Below, piece after piece: positions 48,713-60,699 of a stretch of 64,000 nucleotides of DNA. The translations under genes were made by a program, and so were the position numbers. Every line of letters begins with the position of its first letter. The first letter of the stretch is position 1. The notes below the pieces were generated by a model. It saw only the letters and a program-made list of their open reading frames with translations, had not been told where the DNA came from and did no database searches. The DNA comes from Haplodiscus bocki (lineage: Eukaryota), in the NCBI GenBank assembly GCA_965655095.1, contig OZ296649.1, positions 96,286,001 to 96,350,000 of the forward strand, read 5' to 3'.

Positions 48713-50358
48713 CAGGACGGCTACGGAACAAGTCCGAACTTGTGGGTTCAGAAGAACTTCATCAAGTTTAGACAAAGAACCCAATATCCGTGACTCCGTC
48801 CGGCTGAATTGTTTTGAAAATTTTTTAGTTACTCTCCCTTCCATCTCTTCAGAATATATTCTTGAGCCATTTCTGGATCAAGTGTGTTCTTTGACTGACT
48901 GTTCCTTGTACTTTCTGGTGTTTCTCTCGAAACTGATGCTAATTTTCTCTTGTTCCTCAAAGTTGCCATGATACTGAGGGAAAAATTCTGTCAGCTGTGA
49001 AAACTCAATTGAAAATTTATTTTTATAACAATAGTGTTGATCTCCTCTTATTATGAGGGAAAAGTTTCAATGAAGACAAGACAGTTAACGATTTGAAAAA
49101 AGTACAATACCAGAAGGCTACAAATTTATACAATAAAAAGAGTACTTTCGTTTCTTCTATTTATACCTTTTCCTTGGGGGAGAAACATTTGTTTACACGC
49201 CAAATCAAGGTACAAATGCGGAAAAGTAGCTCAAACATAATATCTATAAAGGAAAATTACCAACTCTGGCGGGAAGTAAACACCTCTACGTCCACTCTTT
49301 CCTTCATGGACCGCGTCTTTTTCATTTTTTGACAGAAAAAACACGGGTCCAATCCGTCAGAAATGGACATCAAAGTGGTTATTCCCGCGCCGATACAAAA
49401 AATAATAACTTAAACAAAAAATCAAAGGAGTTTTCCATACGAAAAATTTAGAAAAACGCATCATAAAAATGAAATACATAAAATAAAGTTCATATAAATG
49501 ATGGAAAAGTTCCTGTTTACATGTGCTTACATACTGCATTGATTGAATCAACTGTTTGGAACAACACTAGGCTTTTTCCTAGTACGGTCTACGTTTCTAC
49601 CAGCTCAAGCCCCACTTTGGCCGGAGCGTTGCGGAACGACAACGTAGCCGCTTGTAGCACTGCTGTCCGCAGTGCTACTGAGGAGAATGAATCGGGTGGC
49701 TACGTAACTGTTCTGTGTCCGTCCAATATGACACAGCATAGTAGCGCAGCGGATTGGCTGAAATTCTAGTGACGTCACCAAATTACTTACAACGGAACAC
49801 ATACGGAACAAATAATCAGTTTTAAAGTCACGCACTGTAATATTAGTTAATCGCTATTGAAAACTTGTTGAAACTGTCAATCAATTTAAATTACTTACTG
49901 CACAAGTCAGTTAAAAGGGTGGATATAAATAATATTTAGGTAGATTAATTATATTAAAATAGCACCTAATAATAATATATAAATACAGTCGGGAAGTAAA
50001 TGATTATCCGTTTGTTCCGTATCTGCTCCGTCCCAATCCGGATCAATTTACCAGATTTACACTTGTAGGATACGTGCTTTTTACTTGAACTATTTACTAT
50101 CGAACGATACGTATCTACTACGTATCGTTTACATGAATTACATATATTGCACAAGGTGGATACGTAACTACTACGTATCCTTAGCATACAATTGATGAAA
50201 TATGATGTGCTATATGTAAGTGAATAAAATTATAGGTTTTTTAGTTTCATAAATATAGTTTCAGTGTCTTTAGAGTTTTTAGTCCTTAGTCGATGGTCCT
50301 GGAATGTCCTTTGTTGGGGGAGTCACTTGTCCGCAGGCCTCGCAGACGTGCTGCGACA
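48713..50358 (-). mobile_element. Second, 3'-truncated copy of the ORF-carrying LTR
   Basis: Reverse complement starts TGTCGCAGCACGTCTGCGAAG and is collinear with 8819-~10425. The ORF starts at 48969, is frameshifted after MAQEYI and is cut after CSVAV. Confidence 0.85.
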
Positions 50359-50439
50359 GATACCGTTGATAAAAGCGAAAACAAATCAATTGTACTTAGT
50401 TCGATTCAGTGATTTACCTCGAAAAACGTCCAGCCCGGG

Positions 50440-51200
50440 TTTACCATCATACAAAAAATGGGGAAATCATAGAAAGTCATGTATGGTGATCTATGAAAAC
50501 TTTAAAGCCATAGAAAGTACCATAGAAGTTGTAAAGTTACATGCAAGTCGTAAAAAGACCATACTATTTTATGGTTCCATGCAAGTCATACACTGTACCA
50601 TAGTATCGCCATAGCATGGAAAAGCATGCGCGAATTTTAATAGAATATGACAACGCATTCTAGTGAACAAAAATTTGAGTTGAAATAGTCATGGAAAACA
50701 TTACACTAAAGTGTGAACTTCAAAACTTCTGGCAATAATATGAGTGGGGAACATAATAAATTCCATCTACGTTCAGTTTTGATTGCTTAGAATCAAAACA
50801 GAGATCTTGTGAAATCCCATTCTCGAAAAGTCTAGTCTACAGTGATGTAGTGTTGGACAAAGCTAAGAGTCTCTTTCCTAGCAAAAAGGTGGAAAGTTAA
50901 ACTCTGAAACTTACTGGCCGTCATTCCAATTGGTAGGTTTTAAATTTTTCAAGACCTTTGATTACTCGAAACTGTGTAGAAAAGAAACTGAAAGTTGTTT
51001 GTCAAACAAAAAAAATCAAGAAAAACATGAAAATCATGGGATGACCATACAAAAAAAAACATTAAAGTCATTAACTGGCCATACAAGGTTACGGCTGACA
51101 GACTTATTATACTATGACCATAGAAAAAAAACAGGAAACTAATGGCATTCCATGAGTTGTTATTTTTTGTATGGCAGTTTATGGTGCATAGTATGATTTG
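50440..51200. repeat. Degenerate CCATA(G/C) / TATGG motif clusters
   Basis: Many CCATAG/CCATAC/CATG words at 50440-50620 and 51030-51200, some in reverse orientation. Confidence 0.4.
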
Positions 51201-51821
51201 CATGTCAGTTCAACACGGGAGGTGTTGAGCGAATGCAATAGATTTAGACCTATTTTGTGCATAGCAAACTTGCAAGAATTTATGCAATGGACCATCATTC
51301 TGCAATCAAAGGTGCGTATAGACTTCAACTGTGCCGTTTTATGGGATATACACCGGAGTTGCTGGACCGATTTTGCGCTTAAGCACAGAGACGCTACGTC
51401 TATGAGAATCGAGTTTTTGGCCTTCTCCGCTAGGACATCCAACTTTCTAACACTGAACTACCCAGAAAGTAAACATCAACTGCGTACTTGTGGGAACCAT
51501 ACTATTAGGATTCAAAATAGAGATGGCACGACCAGTGAATTAGCATATATTACCAGACGAGGAACCTTTTGCAATATGTGAGAAAGTTTTGCTTTCCAGA
51601 GCAAACCGCGTCCAAAACACTTCCACCAGGAACAACTAAGTCCTTCAGATTGTCCTTCAGATTGCGGATTGTTCGGCTATAAAAATAACTTTACTGCCAG
51701 CTGTAAAAACCAAAGAGTGTTAATCTAACGATTGGATACTGATTAGACGATCACTGATCAATTCCTTGGGATTACTTTCTCCACGATACAATTGTTGAAG
51801 CAAATGGTTGAGAAGCAGATG

Positions 51822-52320
51822 AGCAAGACGGCCAGCTACCACCAGCATATTTTCCGCCTTCCAATTTTAGTGAAGATGCATTTTAAAAAATAAAAGCTTT
51901 TTTTTCAAAATCCTCTGTTTCTTCATCAAGTTTTCTAATTTTTCCGACTTTGATTTTTTTTCTGGGTTTTGAGCAAAAAACATCACAATTCAGGTGAAAA
52001 GGAATTTTTAGGAAGTAGCACTATTTGATACGCATTGTACAAAAATGTGCTACATTTAGTGATTTTGAAAAAAAATTCAAAGTTGTTTTTTTAAAAAAAC
52101 ATCTAGTTTTTCCAAAAAGACCCAATTTTCGTTCGTTTTGAGAAATCTTACAATTTCAATCACATTCTACGGCAAATGACCTGCAATTTGGTGAAAAAAT
52201 ATCACGTTCAGAAGCGTGAATGAACAGAACATCCTTAACGCAGTTGACAAACATCGGGTAAAAAAACGTTCCATTTGAGAGGAAAATTTTCCTTCCACAT
52301 TTTATAAATATGGCGGAAAC
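51822..52320. mobile_element. HINE-like family copy 3, inverted relative to copies 1 and 2
   Basis: Begins AGCAAGACGGCCAGCTACCACCAGCATATTT, the reverse complement of the copy-1 terminus, and is collinear to ~52320. Confidence 0.65.
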
Positions 52321-53169
52321 TGAAAAAACGCTCAAACAAGAAGGAAGGTAATAGAACACCAGTGAAAAAAAGTTGATCCGTCTCGAGAGTTTTACAGAGT
52401 GACGTGGATTGGAGACGGCGGGAAAATTATCCCAAAGGGATGAAAGAAAAGAAAAGTTAATTTATTAGAAAATCGAAGGAAATCCTACTGTTTATTTGAA
52501 GATATTTTATATTATACGTCCATCCAGATGTGACGCAGAATGAGGATAATCACTCTTCCAGTTTGCCCTCCTTCTACAGTGTGAAACATAAATGAAATGA
52601 TTAAAAAAACGGAATTTAGTTGGCCTGTAGACTCTTATCTTGCAAGAATTATTCGACCTGGATAGAAATTGTTTTACGTTATCATTTCAACCTCGCCGAA
52701 AACACTAAACGTGCCAGCCAAAGCAAATTGGCCTGCACTATGTAGGCGTTGACTCCGAAAAACAACAACTTTCAATGAGAATTTTTTTTGGAAATGCGTT
52801 TGATTCTTCTTATGATTTTTCCATTTTGTGGTTAAAATGTTTTTTTTTGTTAGAAAAACTGATTCTTACAATCTGGGGATTCAGTATTGATTCATCTAAG
52901 TCTCTATCATTAAATCTATAGGAAAACGGCATCCTGAAAATCACAAGAGCGGATTGAATGCATGTCATTCAATTAAAAACACGGTGAAAACAATGGGAGA
53001 AACAGCTAAGACTTTTGGAAAATAAATGAATTCAAACTATAAGCAACGTATCAGTTTTATTAAGAGATAGAATCATAACGAGATCTACTTTATAATTTTC
53101 GATCCAATAGATCACGAAGTTAGTTGGAAGGCAAGCTGTTGCATTGAGCAATCAATGTTCATGGACGTA

Positions 53170-56100
53170 CTGTTGTAACAAAGCCCGAAAAGATGCTACT
53201 TATCAATTATGCAAAGCAAACAAATCTGCTAGTTACAGAGCGGCATGTCATAAATGACACCCGCTCCAAAGTGAAGTGAGAAAGTCATAGTAGTTAACAA
53301 GATTTCATGACATGCCACTTTGCGAGTAACTTTTTAGTAGTCGTCAGAAACACGCAGGTGGCTCTAAATGAAAACAGTATTATGATTTTACCTTCTTCTT
53401 TCAAACCTAAAAGTGAAAAAGAAACAGACTAGATTTGAAAACTCCTTCTACATTGCGTTGGGATTATCCAACTGGTATTGAAAGCAAGACAACTTGTCGG
53501 ATTGATCGGCTTAGAAAGGACTAAAAAACACAAATCTAGATTGGGAAAACTAGATCGATTTGTTTGTTGTTGCCGTAATGGATAAACACCCATTTTCGAA
53601 AATTCAAATAATACGGACGACTAGAGGTGCCACTTTTCTTAAGGGTGGCTTCACAGTGGAAGTTCCACCTTGTCTGTCGGCCAAGAGGGAGGAAGAGTGT
53701 TTTTCGACAAACTTCTAACTTCTTTCGTTGAAATTATCTAAAACTGGAAAACTGTTTCTGTTAAAGAATTGTGGGGCAGCCTCCACTGTCAAAAAAAACA
53801 GAACACTAGATACGAGTCGGTTCTTTTCACGAAAACTAGGAACCGATTCGTTCGAGCAATTTTGGAGTTAACTGAATGGACTTGCACCGAAGCGCGATGT
53901 CAAGGCACAGTCAGAGATTTTGGCAAACAATTTTGTTTCATTTTCAACATGAGCAATAAATCAACACAAAAGAAATCGGACATGGCTGCAAAAGAGATGA
54001 CAGTAGAAGCAATAAGGCACGCCCTCACTTTTGAAGGAAAAATATAACGAGTAAGAACGACCTCAGCCACAACAAAAACCGGGGTGAAACAGGTGTGTGC
54101 AAATAGAAGTAGTGGAAAAGTCTGCTTTCGCAGCGCGAAACAAAACTCTACAGAACATACTCACAAAAGTCACACGGCAAAGCCAATATGAACTTAACGT
54201 GATAAAATGAACCAGTTCCGACATTTCATTACTGTCAATTTCGGAGCAATGTTCAAACCCCAATGCCGGTAATATGAAATCACTTGGATTCAAACGTGTT
54301 AACCAACCAGCTGAGCTTTATTGTCACGAATAAGGAAAAAAGGTAGACTTGGCTATAGAGGTAGTTAGAGGATTACCATTTGCAATGATAGGGAAGTTAG
54401 ATGGGAGAAAGTTTGAAGCTATGACTGGTTCTGGATTACCAGCCACCATCTTCAGAAAGGACAAGCTCACGAAAAATTTTTAGAATCAGTTGTTCTTTTG
54501 TAATTTCCTTCTTGAAGCTTGATTAGACAGTCAATTTTTTTAAAAGCCATTAGAAATTTCCGGCTATAGATCAGTTCTCAAAAAAAGAACTCAAGAAAAT
54601 TTATAGTCAAAAGTTCTGGTGGCAACCTCGGGAAAATCGCTGATTGGACAAAAAAGGCTAATTGGGATTGAAATACCAGATGGCAACGCCAAATCACAAT
54701 GCGGAGATTCAACGTAACTTTTTAGTTAACGAGAATGGAATAAACCAAAATCGCAGCTTCCAGATAATTGAGAATTTGAGAGATTTGATAGTGAGACTTT
54801 CGTGCCGTTTAACAGAACGGGAAAATGAGATACTCATTGCGTTTCGCTTGATTTCGATAAATACTTCAGAAGAACACAAAAGAATGCAAGAAATTGTTTT
54901 TTTCCCGCGCTGCAAGAGCGTTCAAGGCCGAACAAGGAAAATTGTTCGATGGAAAGCCTATTGAAAACTTTTAGAAAAATGACGAGAACTTTTTCCAATC
55001 TACAGTGATAACAGTTAGCACGAACAAGGGCATTAAAATGCCTCAGATTCGGAGGGACGTGTTCATGTTAGTTTGCATGATGAATATTGGATGCCGAAAA
55101 AAACAAGTCAGACTAGACGCCAAACACGTTGTAAAAGAACCAAATGTGACGTAGTTTTTATCATTGAGCATGAGGACAAAAAAATTTCGAGCTGGAAAAT
55201 TTATTTTAGTGCCTTTTTCAAAAGTTTGTGGGGTAGGCTATGGTTAAAGCAAGACTTGTATCCGGACTTGATGGGCTCAAACTTATGCCAATTGAATTCG
55301 AAAAGTCTATCCTTAGATTTTCCGCGGGATTTTCAAATCCGCACGCCTTGTTGAAGGCAATCTAGTGATCACAAGAGGATTGAAAACGGAGCAAATGGAG
55401 AAAAGTGAGCAATTTTTTAAAGACAATCAAAAGGAGTGAATCTTCGTCTGAACTTAGAGTAGCTTTTAACGGCTGATAAAAAAGAAGAATAACTGCTTTC
55501 CAAACGAACTAAAGAAGAGATAAATCTCTTGAATGGAGTTTTTCAAGTGACAATCGATCAAATCAGACAGAAATACGTGAAAGAATTACACTTTTTTGTA
55601 GGCACCGTTAACTGACGACTTCGGAATTCGGTTTGTAACGAAGTTGGCCCGAAAAATGCAAGTTTTTGTGATTCTCAAAAAAGGGTAGCAGTGTCATTGC
55701 CAGGTGGAACAAAAAAAGCAACCTCATGTACCTATGAAGGAGAGTATTAAACACTTTGCTGAATTTAGCCAGTTCAAAAGGCACCAGAAAATTGAATCAA
55801 CTAGGATGCGATCCGAGCGGTTTTCAAGCAAAACTGCAACAAGGAAAGGGTGTCAGCTGGTGAAAACCATTAGTTTTGGCATCCACACTTTCCATTGAGT
55901 TTTAAAATAACTGTTCGATAAGGGAGTGTGAGCTGTTATTAATGGTATAGGAAGTGGAGCATACTAAAATTTCCTTTCATGGCTCAATATACGTAACACT
56001 TAACACCATATATCTTTAGCAAGGGTGAGCGAAGAAAATAGACGAAGACGAACATATCCTTGTTGAACAGCTCGCTGGTTGGTTAGGCTACATTTGTTTG

Positions 56101-59100
56101 AACTTGATTCAGTTGAAAAGCCAAAGAGAACGTTACGTTTTGCTGATAAAAATTTCAGACTCGCTCCACCATTGAAACGCGAGTTAATTAACACTGAAGA
56201 CTTCCAGGTTTTCCGGTTTACAGTATATAACATAACTGGGTCTGTTTTCAAATTACGGAGTGAAGTTGTTCAAACAAACAGAGTCCTTGAACTAGCAGCA
56301 GAGGACATTGGAGAAGAGCAAGAATCAACGTGACTTCTGACACTGTAAATGCAGTACGTATATGGATGACAGAACTTTGAGCTGAAAATGCAGTTCCTTG
56401 TAGGTTTCAATAATTCGACGGTGGGGGGGGGGGTAGAGTACAGGCACACATAGAATTGCGACCGCATTCGGAGGTTTCACACAGACGCCCATTGACTTCA
56501 AAAAGCGTTTCCTTAAATTTTCAGCGGGGTTGTCAAATCCGTACGCCTCGTTAATGACATTAAATTGATCAGTAGAGGGCTGAAAACGGATCAATCGAAA
56601 AAAGTGCGCAAAATTTTAAAAGGAATAAAAAAGCCAGTCTTCATCTGAAGTTGGAGAAGTTTTTAACGATTGAAGAAGAAGTAGAATAACTGCATACTGA
56701 GGGAAGTAAAGTTGGGATAAAATTTGTGATTGGAGTTTTTGACGGTACCTTTGATAGATTTAGACAAAAAAACTGAAAAATTTACAGTACGTTTTAGTCG
56801 CTATCAGGCAAAGGAATCGATCCATGCTGAAGACAACCCAAAGTGGTGCAAGAGTTTGTGATTCTTCAAAAATAGATAAACTTTGGAATTGCTAGAAAAA
56901 GTATGGAAAAACGTTCAAGTTCATCCGTCAAAAACGAACAGAACAACTTCCTCATTCTCCCTTGACGACAAAACACGGAAACACTGAAAAACACACAACT
57001 CGACTAGAGCAGCTTTGGAGCAAATTTAAACCAAAAAAAAATAGGACAATCGGTTGATGCCCTTATTATTGGCGTCCAAGTTTCTCAAAGGACCTGAAAA
57101 TAACTATTCAATCAATGAATTTTAGCTGCAGCTAGTGATTTGGGCAGTGGAGCAGTCTCCAAAAAATATATGTTGCTCGAATTCCATATTTTCACGTCCT
57201 AAAACTTTAGCTTGTTGATTGAAAGAAAAAAAAGGAAAATCCAATTATTTCTAACTGAAACACTGGTCAATTGGGATAGGTTTTTATGTTTGAATAAGAA
57301 ATAGGTGAAGAGCCAAGGACAACGTTATTTTTTCCTGACCAACAACTCAGACATGCTTCATCAATGGAAGGCAATTTAATTAACGCGGAAGTTTTGTGGG
57401 GTACTTTATTTACAGTATGTAACGTAGCTGGATATATTTCAAGCTTGCGGAACGAAATATTTCAACCGCTCAAAGTCAATGGAAGAGCAGTCGAACACGT
57501 TGATGAACAGCAGAATCAAACGCTGTTCTCATCACTGTATATGCTGTACGCACTTGCACAAAAGGAATTGATCCGAAAAACGAGACTCAGTGTTCTTTTA
57601 CAGAAGTTTCTGAGCAGGCTACGATTACACATAGTTTATAACCGGATTTGAAAGTCTCAAAAGTTTTCCAACTGAATTCAGAGAATGCTATCGTAGATTT
57701 TCACAGGGACTGTTAAATCCCTATACATCCTTCGATGACAATTAACCGATCGCACGAAGTTCAAAATCGGACCGATTGGATAAAATTTCGGAAAATTTCA
57801 AAACGATTAAACGAAGCTAATTTTCGTCTGAAATTAAAGAAGTCCTAAAATGCAGGAAAAAAGTTAAAGTGAATGCGTTCCAAGTTAACGAAGGTGGGGG
57901 AAACGCCATTGAATGGAGTGTTCCAAGGAACAACCGCTAGGCTCAGACAGAAAGACGTGAGAAATTTACAAATGTTCTTCGGCGCCGTCAAGAAGATGAA
58001 TTAGTCTTTGTCGATGTTAGCCCAAACTAGTGCAAGTTTTTGTGCTTTTTCAAAAACAGATTACATTTGGGATTGGTAGGAAAATTATGAGAGAGCGTTC
58101 ACACTTATCCGTGATAAAAAGAGATATCAAACAAGTTGTTGAATTTCTCCAGATCAAAGTTCACGAATTTTTTGAAGAAAAGACACAATGACAGCCGAGT
58201 AGCCTTGCAATGAAACTGCAGAAACAAAATTAGGGCGGTCAGTGGAAACCAATGTGTTTTGCATCCTAACTTCTCGCTGAGCATGAAATTTGTCAATCAA
58301 TAAAAAAATTGGAGCTGCTGTAAGCAGTATTGGCAGTGGAGTGGACTCGAAATCTTGTATGTTGCTCAAATCTCGAAAAACTTCACGTCAGAGAGTTTTC
58401 GCTAGTATAATGTATGATGAAAAAAAATTGACGAAACTGAACTTTTTCTACCTGAATAACTCAGTGGTTAGTCAGGCTGGTTTGCTTGAACTTGACATAG
58501 TTTGGAATCGAACGAGAACTGTAAGTTTTAGGTTTCGCTGAACTTTAAATCAGATTTGCTTCACCATTTGAAGGGGAGTTGATTAACTCGGATGATTGGG
58601 GAGTTTAGATCACATTAAATGCCGTAGATGTTTTAGAATTCAAGTATAATTAGCGAATGTAATTGATTGATCAAAGTCCCGGAAAGAGCAGTCAAGCAAG
58701 TTGAATGAGCGCTAAGTGGAACGTTTTGACGCCACTGTTTTTGATGTACGCATAGGGACAAAAGATCCAGATCTGAACAAAAAGATGTAAGTGTGTTTTT
58801 CAACCTTGAGGAGTGTCCGTTTTGGACAGTGGTTTGTCACCGGATTTGATTGTTTCATTTTTATGCAACCTGATTTCCGGAAGTTTACTTTTTGAGCTCC
58901 AGTGGGACTGTCAAATCCATACGCAGTCTTTGATGACATTCTTTTTATCACGCTAGTGTCATTAACGGGCCATTTGAAAAAAACGCTCCAAGTTTCAAAA
59001 CGCTCAAAGGAAGCTATTCTCCCTCTGCACTTAAAGAAAACTTATACAGCGGAAACAGAAAAAGAAGAAGAATAACTGGGTTTTAAGTTAACAAAGTTGG

Positions 59101-59800
59101 AGAGGCGGATTTGGGATGGAGTGTTCCGAGGAATCTATGAAATAAAAAAACGGGAAAACTCAAAATATTAACGGTCCTTCTTCGGCACCGTGAACCAAAT
59201 GAAGACTGTTTGTGATGAGGTTATCCCAAAAAATTCGCATGCGTTTGACCTTTTTAAAACTAGATAACTTATTAAAATTGCATCGAACAAGATGAAAATG
59301 GCCAACAATCGTCGGTGAATTTAGAATTAGCTGAATTCAGCTATTTCAAAAGATACGATATTTTGAGTAATAAACAATGGTAGCCGAGCAGCAGTCAAGC
59401 TAAACTGCAACAGGAAAGTGATTGCAGCCTTTGGAAACTATTACTTGGCGTTCGAAGTTCACACTGCGCTTGAGAAAATCTTTTCAGTAAATGAGTCTGA
59501 ACTGTCCCTTGTGGTTTGGATAACCAAGGAGATTCGAAATGAACTGTGTTCCCTGATTTTCGAAAAGGTTCACGACATAGAGGTTTACCAAGGATACTGC
59601 AAGGAAACAGAAAAATTCGAACCTTTTTAATTGAATTGATTGCTGGTTGCTTGGGCTGTTTCCATTTGAGGTGGAAATAAAAAGAGAACCAAGGAGATCT
59701 TTAATGTATGCTGACTTTTTTTTCTAAACAGCCATCAGCAATATAAAATGAAATATTTTTCGCCGAAAAGCTGTGGGTTAATTGGATTTTATTATAACAC
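53170..59800 (+). mobile_element. Decayed Gypsy element, copy B (same family as 1-4714), with quadruplicated RT-RNase H segment
   Basis: LTR-like 53320-53410 matches 70-170. GACAACTTGTC..ATTGATCGGCTT is shared with ~253-278. Gag-like FFSRKLGTDSFEQFWS*LNGLA (~53820-53890). Protease-site-like KLDGRKFEAMTGSG (~54394-54435). 54610-54700 matches 1385-1470. Repeated RT and RNase H motifs follow. Confidence 0.8.
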
Positions 59801-60699
59801 GTTGCTACTTTTAATTCAAGTCGAAAGAGCGAAGTTAAGCGACTGATCAGAATGCCGCGAGAGAGACACTTAAGTGAAAGTAGTGTGTTTTCGCGAGCAT
59901 CTGGGCGTACTGGGAAGTCAATTGCTCAAAAATTTCAATTAGTTTCACATGCGTAAGAAATGTTGGAGAATTTATGTACAAATAGCGTGAATTTATTCAA
60001 TCGAGGACATCAGTTGACTTAGCTTAGGTGGACAGGCCAGTACTTCTGGTACATCTAGTGTTACAGAAGTTGAAAAAAAACCGGGATAACAACCGAGAAA
60101 CGGCGTTCAGGTTGGAAAAAAAACCTAATTTTTGCGAAGTTCGCTGAAGACTAAGAAGAACAAAATTAAGTATAGAGAGAAAGTAGTGACATTGAATAAA
60201 ACTGCATTTCAAAAATTAAGTGCTCTTTCGAGAGGAAAAGTGTCAACATTTTTAATAGAATCAAAGAATTTCTTTTTCAGGGAGCATCGCTAGTTTGTCC
60301 TCGAAATCCTTGAGAACAACTTCTTTTTCTACCAAGGTCCTTCCATCTGGATCAGCCGGAGCGTAATAAAATGCTGACAAAGGCTTGAGTTTTTTTATGG
60401 CTGTTTCTCCACCGCAAAAAATGGTACTCAATCGATCATCTGAAAAATGCGGACATGTCTTTGAAAAAGTAAAAATTTAATTAGGCAGACAAATTTTGTA
60501 GAAAAACAATGTTGGACGTATTAAACAGAAAATGTTCAATAGAAATTGTAGGCGCATTTAAATTGCTTCACCTCAAAGAGGCATTTGTTGTTATCAGCTA
60601 CTAATAAATGTTGTTGGTCAGCAGCCGTATTTTTGAAAGAACTTTTTACGAAGAAAGTTTTCGAAATCCTGAGCACCCATTTGCTTAATAATACGAACT

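Noticed and set aside
55110-59800. RT repeats as a retron-, DGR- or defence-type RT system
   Set aside because: All units have stops, frameshifts and degenerate catalytic motifs, and they sit behind Gypsy gag/protease remnants.
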